A stretch of DNA of 35,480 nucleotides from positions 1-35,480 of the forward strand of contig CAZHOQ010000002.1 of the NCBI GenBank assembly GCA_964533995.1. The letters run 5' to 3'. The notes below the pieces were generated by a model. That model was not told where the DNA came from and ran no database searches. It was given only the letters and a program-made list of their open reading frames with translations. Origin of the DNA: an uncultured Gammaproteobacteria bacterium (GTDB lineage: Bacteria; Patescibacteriota; Microgenomatia; UBA10105; UBA927). The translations under genes and the position numbers were made by a program. The first letter of the stretch is position 1, and each line of letters opens with the position of its first letter. Below, one piece after another: positions 1-12,000 of the stretch.

Positions 1-7
1 CAATGCG

Positions 8-3000
8 ATGGGCCGCCAGGTTGTGCAGTATACCGTCACGGTTGACGGAGAGATTCATGAATTATTGCTGGTGGAAGATCCGGCGGTCCCCGCGCTCACT
101 GAGGAATACCTTGCCGGTATTGTCCGCACCAAGAAGCAGGTACAGGCAGAAGTTTCAAGCTTCCTGTATATGCAATGCGCGGACGCATCATCCTGCGCGG
201 TAGACCGGAGTGATGCTGATCAGGTTATCGGTACGGTTGAGCAGAGTGATGTCATTGATTCGAACCATTTTGTGGCCGAGGACACGATGGAAGACGGCAC
301 GAATACGATGATCGATTACACATTCGGGGACAACGTAAGCAAAAAGGGCACGGTTCTTATCGTTCACACCGGCACGCATGAGCAGCTCGTGGAATTTATG
401 AATCAGACGTTTGATGGCGAATGGGGAACACTGGAGAATATATTCAGAAGGCCGGGAGAGGATGAGATTCCGGAATTCAACACGATACCGGATTATGAAG
501 CATGGCGACGTAATAATCCGCCGCCGGAGGCGAGGACCCAGATGCGCCCGGTACGCCAACCTAATGGAATACAGCAGTTATTTGCCCGTGTAGGTGACTG
601 GTTTGCCCGGATCCTGCGCCTGCCGGAAGACCGTTTGCGCGGCGATGCGCTCTATATATCTCAAAACGAAGCATATTGGAACGAAATAGTGCGGATGTGG
701 CGGGAATTTTGGCAACGGAGAATCAGTCGTTCTGCCGTACCTATTACCAAAGAATCGATTATTGCAGATATCCGTCAATCTTCGCCGATACTCAACAGGG
801 ATGTTATATCCCGTGCGCTTCCGGGTGATCTGAAGGTACTTGCGGAAGTAGCTGCGGATCAGACCGTCCGGGAGCGTGTTGGACTGCAGGACGGGTATCG
901 GGATCTGATCATTCGAATTATCACCAATACCCTGCGGGTTACCGGAGTTGAGAAAGACCGGATGGTCGCCAGTTTGTTCGACACGTTCGATGCCATACTC
1001 ACGTACGCGGTTGTGCTGGACGCATCCGATCCGGTAGCGGCACAACAGGCGTATCAGAAAGCATTGGCCGTAGCCGGAGCAATTCGGGAGATCCAGAATA
1101 CGACAATAAACCGCGACCGAATCGAGCGCAAGTTGAATGATGTGGTATCCGATACGAACCGGCAGGACATCGAAGAATTCATGGAGAATACACTTGGTGG
1201 GGACAGACTCCTCTTGGCACTCGCTATGCGGAACGCGATGGGAGGGAGCGTCCGGATTGAGGCATCTGTGGATGAATTGCGGGCGCAGCTTGCCACGGCA
1301 ACGCATGATCAGCTGGTGCAGATACAGAGCGACATAGCGACACGCCGGGCGTTCAGCGGATGGCCTACCATAGGATCCATTATAATCGGCGGACAGAAGA
1401 CTGATACGCTACAATTGCACTTCAATCCGTTCGGCTTGCAGAAGAATACATCGTACGAGTTCGAAACGCTGTATCTGGGAGTCACCGACCTGCTGGCGCT
1501 GCTGCGTGAGCTTGCGCTGAACCAGACAACCGTGCCGGCAGGTGCTCGGGTGTTGGGAGAACGGAAAAACAGGATTTCCGCGGAGCGTACGGATTTACAG
1601 ATGGCGCAGATTGCTGTGACCCGGCTCGGATTCCGGCTTGTTTCTGTGACGACCAATGACCGGACGAATACGTTCCGTTTCATGACCGACGCGCAAAAAG
1701 CGCAGATGTTAACCGACCTGCTTGCGAATCCGCAATCAAATCCGGAAGTGGCAAATGGTCTGTTTGCCATAGAAGCGGATACGGAAACGCTTCTTCGTGC
1801 ACAAGCGGAACTACAGCGCATCAGGTCATTGCTTGAGAGGCGTGTCGTTCGCGGCGGCAGGACGGAAGACGATATTCGATTGTTGTCGATTTTGAATCAC
1901 ACAATCGGAACGGACGCTAATGCGAGTGACGTATCTGTGGACGCTACAACAGCGCGGAATCCACAGGATGAAAGTGCGCAGCGTTCAGACAGCGCTGTTA
2001 CGCAAGATGATAATGCGCCGCTAACCTTCGATCGCGGGTCGGGTTATAACCCGGACGCACTGTATTTTTCCCAGCAGCTTGCCTTATTGGATGAATTATC
2101 CTGGCAGTTTCAGCAGCTGTGGGCTTCGATTCGCCGTTGGTTCGGCAGGGGTTCTTCGGTGGAACAGCAGCAACAAGAGCGTCAGATACAATTAATAAAT
2201 CAACTACAGTCCGGGGCGACCATGCTTCCGGAGGGTATCATGTTACGCGGACCGCTCGATGATAATCAGAACGTGTTACTGCGTCTTGCACGAAGCCGGC
2301 AGGAAAACCGAAGGGCGCGCAAGGAAACGGAGGCGCTTCGCAGGCTCCAAGGACATGACGACGTGCCTGAAATTATTCTGGAACAGAAGACCGGATCCGT
2401 AGGAGATATCCGATACAGTTATGCCACGAGCGAAGTAGCGGGCGCCAGTTTGCTCGGATTATCAAATGAACCTTTTATACGGGCTGAAGCAACGCGATTG
2501 CGTGAGCGGATGACGACTCAGGATAAATTGGATATCCTTCGCGGACTTATCGGGCATACGAGGGTATTCTTACAAAGTGGGGTTGTGCGCGGCGGGTATC
2601 AGTTGAGCGATCTGACCGTTTATCGGGATGAGGCTGGTGCACTTCATGTTGGAATCCGCTCGTTTTACAACAGTACAACGTTCCGATTAACCGGCATATT
2701 CAAGCAGCGGGCGCCGATGACGGATGTTGAGGCAATATCCGGCATCCTTACGGGAATTTTTGCCGATCCGGATTTGGTCCCGGCGGACATCCTCAGTTGG
2801 TCGCCGAATGACTATGCGACACCGGAAGAGGCGCTGAATGCCCTGGAAAACGCCATAGATCAGGTTACTTTAGAAGAAATTACGGAGATTGAAAACCAAC
2901 GTATAAGGTTGTTTGGTAATGAAGCGGCCGTCATACCGACCATATTTAGGAATGATGCTCAACCTGACATCGAGGAACCGCCTGGTCCGTCTCCGTTGCC

Positions 3001-6000
3001 GACACCGACGATCAGCCAACAGATGCGTGAGCTTCGGGAGTTAACCAACCGTAAGCGGGAGGAAAATTTCCCTGCAATCGAGCAGCGGATAGAGGAACCG
3101 GCAAGTGCCGTCATCGCGCAGGTTCGCGACGACCTCAATGCGTTCATGGGTCAGGTGCAGCTCTTCCGGCGGGACCGGAACACGTTTACAGAGCAGGACG
3201 AACAAACGGCAGTGCGGTATTTCCTCGAGATGCTCCGTGAGCGGTACAGCACGCGGCTTGCAACGACGCATCCCGACCGGTTTGCCGAAGTGTCGCTGGG
3301 ACAGAGCGCTGAGAATCACCCGCTCGATATTCTGCTTGCCTCGACGCTTTCCATCCTCAATGAGGAAAATTCCCGGCAGTTTGAAGTACTTATGACCGTA
3401 TGGAACGCGATGGAGCAGGAACGGAATTCCGCGTCCATTGCCCGGCCGCAGCAACAACCGCGTCCGGCCCGGAACGGTTTATCACTGGGCCAGGCACTCC
3501 GGAATTTCGTGAACAATACCCTGCTTGGCAGGGGAGCACGCCGCCAGCCGTTTACCGGGGAAGCGCAGGCACTCGTTATGAGTACCTTACAGAGACTGGT
3601 CTCACCGCGGGAAAATACGGGCGGCGGCACAAGCAGTTTCAGCTCTGCGGCAATGAACGAGGTTTGGGAATTCTTCGCCCGCCGGCTCACCGATCCTTTG
3701 CATGCCTATACGATCCAGGGGAATCTGACAAGAAACGTGTTCCCGCAGGGCGCGCAGCCGTTCGTGACCAACAGCATGCTCCGGGAATTCAACCGGGTCG
3801 GGAAGAACCCGCAGCGCGTATGGTCCTCGCTCGCGCTTCCGCTCTTCCTCCAGCAAGGGTTTTCGGTCGCCGGCAGGCTCGACGTACGGAATTTACGTGG
3901 CGCCAATAACGTATTTTCCCAGGCGGGATATGCGGCGTACGGCGATTATGTCCTGCGGTTGTTTGCCGACCGGATTCTGGGATCACTGCCGGCGGGATAT
4001 GAGCTTGTTCGGGTCGGTGGGGATGAATATATCGTTGTCGGTCCGGCCGGTCAGCCGGCACTCGACGTGCAGTCACTCATCGACCGCGCGTTGTCGAAGA
4101 CCCAGGTGCTGTACTCGGACGGTGAGACCGTTACGGTGAGCGCGTTGGATGCGAAGCCGCAAGTGAATTTGCTTCCCGTTGAGGTACGGATGGAGTCGGA
4201 TGGCGGCGATTACCTAACCCATATCCAGGACAGGCCGTACACGGATGCACGGTCGATGGAACTCGCGAAGCGCTATCATCCGGTACTCGAATACGTGGAC
4301 ACCCGGCTTACTACGTCCGGGGTGGATGGTGAGGTATACGCGTATCTTAAGCGTCTCGTCGCCGTACTCCTCTTTGACGATGTCCTGCGGCCGACGATGA
4401 GCAGGCTCGCAAATGACGTATACGGCACAACGGAAGAACCATACCCCTTGTCGACCTATGAAGATCCCGAAGAGTTCATTACGACCGTCCGTCAAAGAAA
4501 TCCGTACGGCACGAAGCTCGTGCGGTTCGACTATCCCGGTGTACTCAAATCGCTTAATTCCGTCAGTTCCGCGGAAGGCGATGCCCTGATCCGCTGGCAG
4601 TACGAGCGGCTGGTGCGGTATGCCCACGACACCCTACGCCTTACGGAAGTGCACGTGTACCGGCGTGCAAACGAACTGTATCTGGCCGTTCCGGAGGAAA
4701 CGGATGTCGATCTCAATGATATGCATGCGGCGCTGTCCGGATATTTCTACGCAGGCGGCCCGATTTACCGGGTCCTGCCTGCGCTCGCCGTGGGCTATGC
4801 GGCATTCGTTCCCGATGTCGCGGATACGACGGGTCGCATGAACATCGAGTCGTTCCAGCGGACCATGAGTAGTCTGGCAACGGATATAATTGCCGATACA
4901 GGGAGGCTCGTGCGGCGTGCGTTTGTCGAAAACGAACGTCCGGCCCTCAATCCGTTAAGCCAAAGGGAAGCCGGATGGTTTGAAGATATGCCGCAGGAGA
5001 AGTTTGCGGAATCGGACCGGCGGTTTGCCGTAGATTACTATAACCCCCTGGACAAGCGGGGAATCATCAGACTTCAGAACTTCGGCGCTACCCCGCAGGA
5101 GATCCGGGAGCTTTCCCAATTTTACCGCTCCAGCCCTGATGGTACGGCAGCCGTCGTTCAGCCTGAACGCGCATATTCCATGCTGGTTGAGATATTCAGT
5201 CGTGTCGATGCGGAAGCGCCGGAAGCGGAATCAACGATCGCATTCCCCGGAATTACCGTTACCCAGAGTAGGTATGAAGGGATCATTGCGCGACTGCAAC
5301 GGCTCAATTTGCCGCCGGAGGTCCGGGAGTTTGCACATGCGCTGATTACGTATGAAAATGCGGTTGAGGATTCACGCCTTGTCATGCGCCGCGTCCCCGA
5401 TCCCGAACAATCCAAGTACCCACAGGCGTACGGTGAGCACAGCTTCAACGGTGCGACGAGTTCCTGGGAGTGGTTCACGAAATACGGGCGTGAAGGGGAG
5501 TGGAACGATATGGCAAATCATATCGCACTCCAGTTGCTTTCCGGCGCAACGGACGGCAACACGGCCGCAAATATCATCGCACTTCATGAGTTGTACCGGG
5601 CGCAAATGAGCTTCCAGATTTTTGACAGGACCGGGTCGTTCCGCACGGCAGTTTCCGGAGCGGTTCCCGAAGAAGCAACCATCCGCGCATCCATGAATGG
5701 CGCCGGATTCGGGGTAGCCGCAAGCGGTGCCGACGCCATCAACAAATCCCGGACCTACTTTACCCGCGGGAATGCCAGGACGGTAACTACTAACGAGAAC
5801 GGGTCGGAGGTCATCAGTAAAATCAGCGAGAAAAACGGCGATGTCATCATCAAGCTCCGCGATGGCAATAATGCGCTCGTGAGTAAGGAACTAATCAGGG
5901 ACCAATACATCGCGGCAATCCAAAACGGCGTCCGGTTCGTGTCCTTCACGCTCGAATCCAAGACCGGCGAACGGTACGATGACATCCTGCCTGCGATTGC

Positions 6001-9000
6001 CGCGTATGTCGCCCAAGTCAACCGCGGCCGGGCACCGGAACATGCCGTCATCCTGGTCGTTGACGGCGTACAGCTTTTCGGCAGAACGCCGTATGCGGAT
6101 ATATTCCGGTGGCTTACCGTACCCGGAGTCACGGCCGTTGTGCACTCAGGATCCAAAGCCGCCGCGGGACCTGCCCACGCCGGGTTTATTTACCAATCCC
6201 AATACGGCAAAGACATCACGAAGTTCGAACTCACCGTCGAACAGAGTGTCCGTGACCTGACAACACCGCAACTTCACCGGGTCATCGGGAATATGAATGC
6301 CGTCACGGATCTTGTCGTACTTGCTGTCGAGAACACGCTATGGAGCAGGAAAGCGGAGGCTATTGCCCAAGTATATGACGACGAGCTGGTTGCCCTGGGC
6401 CTTACCCCGGTTTCCCAAATCCGGGATGCAAAAAGTGACAACCAATCGGTATCGATCAGAAGTTACGTGCTTGATGAAAACGTCGACGGTGACAAACTCC
6501 TTGCCGCATGGGCCGGGCAGGGATTCATCACCGGCGGCATTATCAAGGATGCGAAGCGTTCGATCGTGCGGTTTACGATTTCCGCCGAACTCATGCGGGA
6601 AGTGGCAGACATGACCCCGGAGGAAGCCGCCAAACATGTCCGCGGCAAGCTGCAGCAGAAGATTCCGACGATGCCGAAGGCCGACGAATTCCCGCGAACG
6701 CCGGCGGCTCCGCAGGCGCCAGTACCTCCCGGCGGACCGGAAACATTCGGCGACCGGGTGCGCCGCGTCGTTGACCGGATCCTCGATTGGCTGCCGGAGG
6801 GTATCCGAAACAGGATCCTGAATTGGATATATAACTCGGGCATGAATTTGGCACAAGTGACGTTTGGCAGGGGTAACGGGAACGGCAAGAGTACGGAAAA
6901 TGACGCGAAGAGTAGGCAGAACGACCGGGTCGCCGATTTCTTCGTCCGGGGATTCACCAGGGATAAGGACCAGCGGGCATTATTAAAGCAGCGCCTGCTA
7001 AATCCGCGAAACCGGTTTGTCCTGAATTTCATCTCCAGTCATTTGATGGATTACTATTTCCAGCGCGACCGTCTGCCGATCGACAAATCCCGGGCTGCCC
7101 GAGTGGAGTCCCGAAACATGGAGGACCGCAATCTCCTCATTAATAACCACAATTCCATACAAACGCCGCAAACGGTATGGAAATCCAGCGCGCTGCCGTT
7201 CCTACAGGGTCTGGGAGGGAAAGTCGTTGAGGTGTTTGAAGTTCAGCCAGTTCCGGAGGCCGGACTCACGTCGGAACAGCGCCGCCAGGTGTGGGATATG
7301 GAATTGCGGCTTATCGCATCGAGAGAAATGTTCACGAATCCGAATACGCCGTTTGCCCTGGTCCGCTTGAATGACTACCAGTTTGCCGTCGTTAATATGA
7401 ACCCGGAAGACGTAAACCGCAATTCGGCGATCCGCCAGGAATTAGGCCAGCTCTTTACGATCGTCCGGAGGACTCCCGCACACGACCCGCATACCCCTGG
7501 CGGTGCGAACATTGGCCCCCCAGGTATGGGGAACGTGCCGTTGCCGAGGCTTCCGATCACCTTCTACACGCCGGATGAGATAGAAGAACGGGGTATCCGG
7601 TTCGGCGGGGTATCGTTGGATTCCCCGATGGTGACGAAACTTTTATATGTCGCGGCAAGCGGACACACGTATGTCAGTATTGACGAAACAAACGCCTCCA
7701 TACCCGATAACGTACTGACCAACCCGGATCGCCGCGAAAAGCTGCGCCAACAAAACGACGGGTACGGCCAGATGATGCGGCTTCTGGAAAGCGATGATTT
7801 CCTTGCGGCGAATCCGGATTATCTTGAATACGTAAGCCGGCTCGGGGCCGCCGTAGCGGCAGATGACGTCCTGGACGGTACGGCCGCACAGTTGGAGAGC
7901 AAATACAACAAACGGGGCTACGACGTGAAGGTCAAGGTATTCGGCGACCGCGAGTCGGTCGTAAAAGCCGCGCGTGAGCGGTACGGCGAGAACTTTACCG
8001 TCGTCGAGGTGAACGTTGATGAGACCCTCCGGATGGTCGGGAGCAAATACGGGTACGAAGAGGGGGACTTCCTTATCCGGACGCTATTTGAAAAGCTAGC
8101 AGACCAGGTGTTCCTGGGGTTGAGGCTGGAAAACATGCTCGTCTACCGCGAAACGGCGACGAAGTATTATGTCGTTTTGAACGTCCATTATCCCTTGGAC
8201 GCCGGGAAACTGCAGGACGCACTGTTTAAAAGTTATAACCCGCATACGGTATCGAGAGTGATCGGGCGGACGGTGACGGAAGAAGAGAAGTTCTTCGTGC
8301 TGCCGATTGTTTCCATGAGCCATATTTCCATTCCCTCAGCGTCAACCCCGCAGGAGGCGGATGAGATATTCGCACAAACGCAGGATACCTTAAGGACGTA
8401 TACGGACGTAAAGATGCGCAGCACCATACGGGACTATTTCGCGACGAACCAACCGAGGGAGCAGTTCCAGTGGGAGTGGCTCTTCGCGTTCTTGCGGCGG
8501 GGAAGCATCCACGAGGAGCTTACGAAATTCGGGGCATCGGAGGATGAGATCGGGGCGGCGATCATCGATGCAAGAGTGCGGGATGGCAATGATTATCAGG
8601 CCGTCAAAGAGGCGCTGGTCCACCAAACCCGGGAGGACCGGAGTTTGGAAAGCAAAATTAAGAAACTGGAATCGGGTAATAATTCGCTCTGGTACCAGAT
8701 GGGGTACGAATTCCGCGGCGTCGTGCCGTTCCCTGCCCGGGTTATCTTGGGGCTTCTCGAAGCGTTATTCAGCAACTTCCCGGAGCGGCGGGGTAGCCGG
8801 CCGGGCAATGAGGGGAAACCCACCGATTTAGCAACAGCGGAACAGAATTTCTTGGCTGATTCCACTCCGGACAAACAGCACGCGTTTGAATCGTACATGT
8901 CCACGTGGTCCCTCCGAAGGACGGATAAACGGAATTTCGGCGCGGTGCTTCCGGTTACGGTGGACGGCAGCCGCGACGACCAATCAGTCGGGCTACGCGC

Positions 9001-12000
9001 CATGGCGTCCCATCTGGCATACGGATATGTCCGGGACTTCACGGACCCGTACCCCGGGGTGCAGCGGATTCTGGGGGACTACGATCCGAACGGCGAGAAT
9101 GTCCGGGCAAGGGGAAACATGGTCAGGCCGGTGCGGGTGGCATTCTACGAGCCGGATCCCAACCCAGGACGCTTCGAAGGATTCCTGGACTTTATCGCAC
9201 GGATGCTCTATATAAACCGCCAGACTGGCAGGTGGCAGACGATCGAAATAAATCCGGTAGAAATACAGCCGTACCTTGTACAGTACCAGGAAGCAGTTGC
9301 CGCAAAGCGGCCGGTTCCCGAGCAGCAACGGATATTCGAGGAAGCGGTGCGGCAGCTGGAAACGGATCTTGCGGGCAGGATGAAAGAAGCGCCGGTCTAT
9401 ACCAAGCGCCCGCCGAACCTGGTGTTTGCCGCGGTCCGCCATCCGCTTACTATTTCTGAGATGCCTGAGTTGTTCGGGAAAGTGGGGGCCGCCACCGTAT
9501 TTGCCATGAGTCCCAGCCGCGAGCCGATGGTGTTTTTCGACCATTTGGTCCTTGAGGGAAATCCCGGGATGGATATCCGCGATACGATCATGCGTTCGAT
9601 GGGGGATATGGTGACCGACGCCCACCAGGCGCCACAGATAATCGAAAACAAGAAGAATCCCCGGATGACGATCAGGGCAGAAGATTTACCGAGGAATGTC
9701 TCGTTTGAAGATGCCATGACTGCGGTTGGTTACGCCATGCGTCGCCAAGGACACCCGGCTATTAAGACGATCGTCACCACGGGATCGCTTTCCGACCGTG
9801 TGACCGTTGCTGCCGTATCGGTTCTGCAACGCCTCCGCGCCCAGGCAATCCGGGTCTCCATCGAACAAGCCCATTCGGAATACGGCCTCCTTGACCGGGT
9901 GGCGCGGCAATATTACTGGCGGGTTGGCAAGCTTGCGGAAGCGATTATTACCGCCCTGACGGAGAATCTGCCCGGGCTGCGGAATTTTGCCCGGATTCTC
10001 AAAGGGCCGATGGTGACTTTCATCCGCAGGGATTACATCGGTGATCCCGGGATGCTGACGACCATCCTGTCCGACATCGCTTTCGATAACAACGTGCCGA
10101 CGATCGCCATATTGCAGGATAAGAATACCGGCCAGACACGGCTCATCATGCAGGGAGTTCAAAACGATGCGGTGCGGGAAGAAATGCTGCAGGATATTTT
10201 TGATGAGCTCCATGCGATCGAACAGAAGCAGGAGCGTCCATGGCCGAAACCCAAGAATTTCTTACAGCACCTGATTGACTGGATCCAGTGGCGGAGAAGG
10301 GTCGCCCGCGGGGAAACCGTCCGTCCGGCCTCCACGTCGTTTGAGTCCGCCGTTCCGCAAATCAAGGCGCCCGCGTACACGGTGAGCGCCATGGAACTCC
10401 AGCCGGTATACGATACGACATCGTTCCCCGGTGCGAATATCAGCTTTTCAGGGAGCACGATCACCGTATCGACGGACGTGATGACGTTTACCTTACGGAA
10501 AGACCCGAAGGGCAAACCGAACCAGCTCACGGAGGACGAGCTAAAACAGATTCGGTCCTACATCAACCATTACGAACAGCATAAGAGCGAATTTTCGGAG
10601 TCACCAAGCTACCAGACGTTGCCGAACCTGATTTCACTCCAGATGTTTTATGAATCAAATGGGCAGTTATACCTGATGCAGGTGCGGACTGATGAGGCTG
10701 ACACATTGGAGCGTACCCGCAAGGGAAGCTTGAACGCGGAAGAATTCCCGGCGAGTGTTTCCATCACCCCGGCGGGGGATATGAACTACCTGTTCTTTAC
10801 GCATGGCATCCGGGATCTGCTTAACGAGGCACAATACGAAGCGCTCCGCAGGGAGGTTGCCGAAGCACGGACCATTGAGGAAGCAAACACCCGTATCCGG
10901 TCGCTGTTCCAGTACTGGTTCCCGTACGAAACGGACCAATCCCGATTTCTGACGGTTATCAATGTGCCGACACTCGAGCAGGTGCGAAGGATCCAGAATG
11001 GCCAGGTATTCCTGCTTGCCGACCCCGAGCCTATCCTGTTTGTCAAATCTGTGACGGAACGGAAGAATCAGGCGCCGCTTGTGGAAACGCAGGTTGTTTC
11101 CCTCGATATCGATGCCACCCAGTCTTTGGTTGCCACCTGGGAGTACGGCGTGGATTTCTACAGGAACGGCCAGCGGATGACCGGATACAAAGCGGTTCTT
11201 GCCGTCGGGGACGTGGTATCCGTCGGGGCTGCCGGCTACCGGTATGAGGTGCAGGTGACGGATGAAAATGAGATCGTGCTTGCTAATCCCAAGGATCCCC
11301 ATGTGTTGCCGGGAAAGACCGCTCCGGCACAAACGCTTATTAACATTTCCCAGGGGGTTATCGTTGTGGACGGGACCGGCAGTCCGGAGTCGCTTGCCCT
11401 CATCGAGCGCATGTGGCCGTCTTCGAATGGCGTGCGTGGGGAAATCGTGGTTCCGTCGGGACAGGACGGGCTTGCCGTCGGGCGGAACTTCAATATCGTC
11501 CATCCGTCCGAATTGTTTGTGACGCCGGAACGGTATCGGTTCCAGGATACGTCGTTCCGGAACCAGTACATTAACCAGCTCGCTTTCGGTGTTCCGTATG
11601 AAATTCGCAATGTTCGGGGAGAAGCAATCGGACAGATTACCCGCATGTCGCCGTCACGGACTATCATCCGGCTGTTTACTGACTTAACTGATCCGCAGGA
11701 TGAAGCGCGGATCAGGAAAAGCAGCCGATGGTCGCTGCCGGACCAACTGCAGAATGATCTGGAAACGGCCAACCGGCGGGTTGCCGAGTCGCCCAACCAT
11801 GCCGCGGTGGCGACGACACGGCGGGTGGGATCCATGGTCTATGCAACCGGGGTGCTTCCGGTCGACCGGCGTATGGCGGGTCAGATCGGAGCAGACGGAA
11901 CGCCGGCTGTCTGGTCGATTAAACTGACGACTTCGGACCAGATTTATTACGACCGTTTGGATGCCGGCGAACGGCTGATTTGGGTGACGAGAATGATCGA

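Larger units (their letters stand above)
3478..5135 (+). repeat. Protein-level paralogous super-module A (leader helix, two GGDEF-like palm domains, tail)
   Basis: Collinear similarity to 6745..8600. Matching pairs (A / B): LGQALRNFVNNTLLGRG / GIRNRILNWIYNSG..FGRG; VWEFFARRLTDP / VADFFVRGFTRD; NPQRVWSSLALPLFLQQG / TPQTVWKSSALPFLQGLG; VLEYVDTRL..LLFDDVLRPT / YLEYVSRLG..VAADDVLDGT; NFGATPQEIRELSQFY / KFGASEDEIGAAIIDA. Confidence 0.6.

Noticed and set aside
8-10. ATG at nt 8 as the definitive start codon of the giant gene
   Set aside because: The frame is open from nt 2, only 7 nt of upstream sequence are available, and the first residues (MGRQVVQYTVTV...) show no signal peptide or TM segment. 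The start cannot be established from this window.
6866-6895. Walker A / P-loop in GRGNGNGKST
   Set aside because: The spacing does not fit G-x4-G-K-[ST]: the residue five positions before the GK glycine is Arg. The segment lies in a Gly/Asn-rich linker with no following Walker B.
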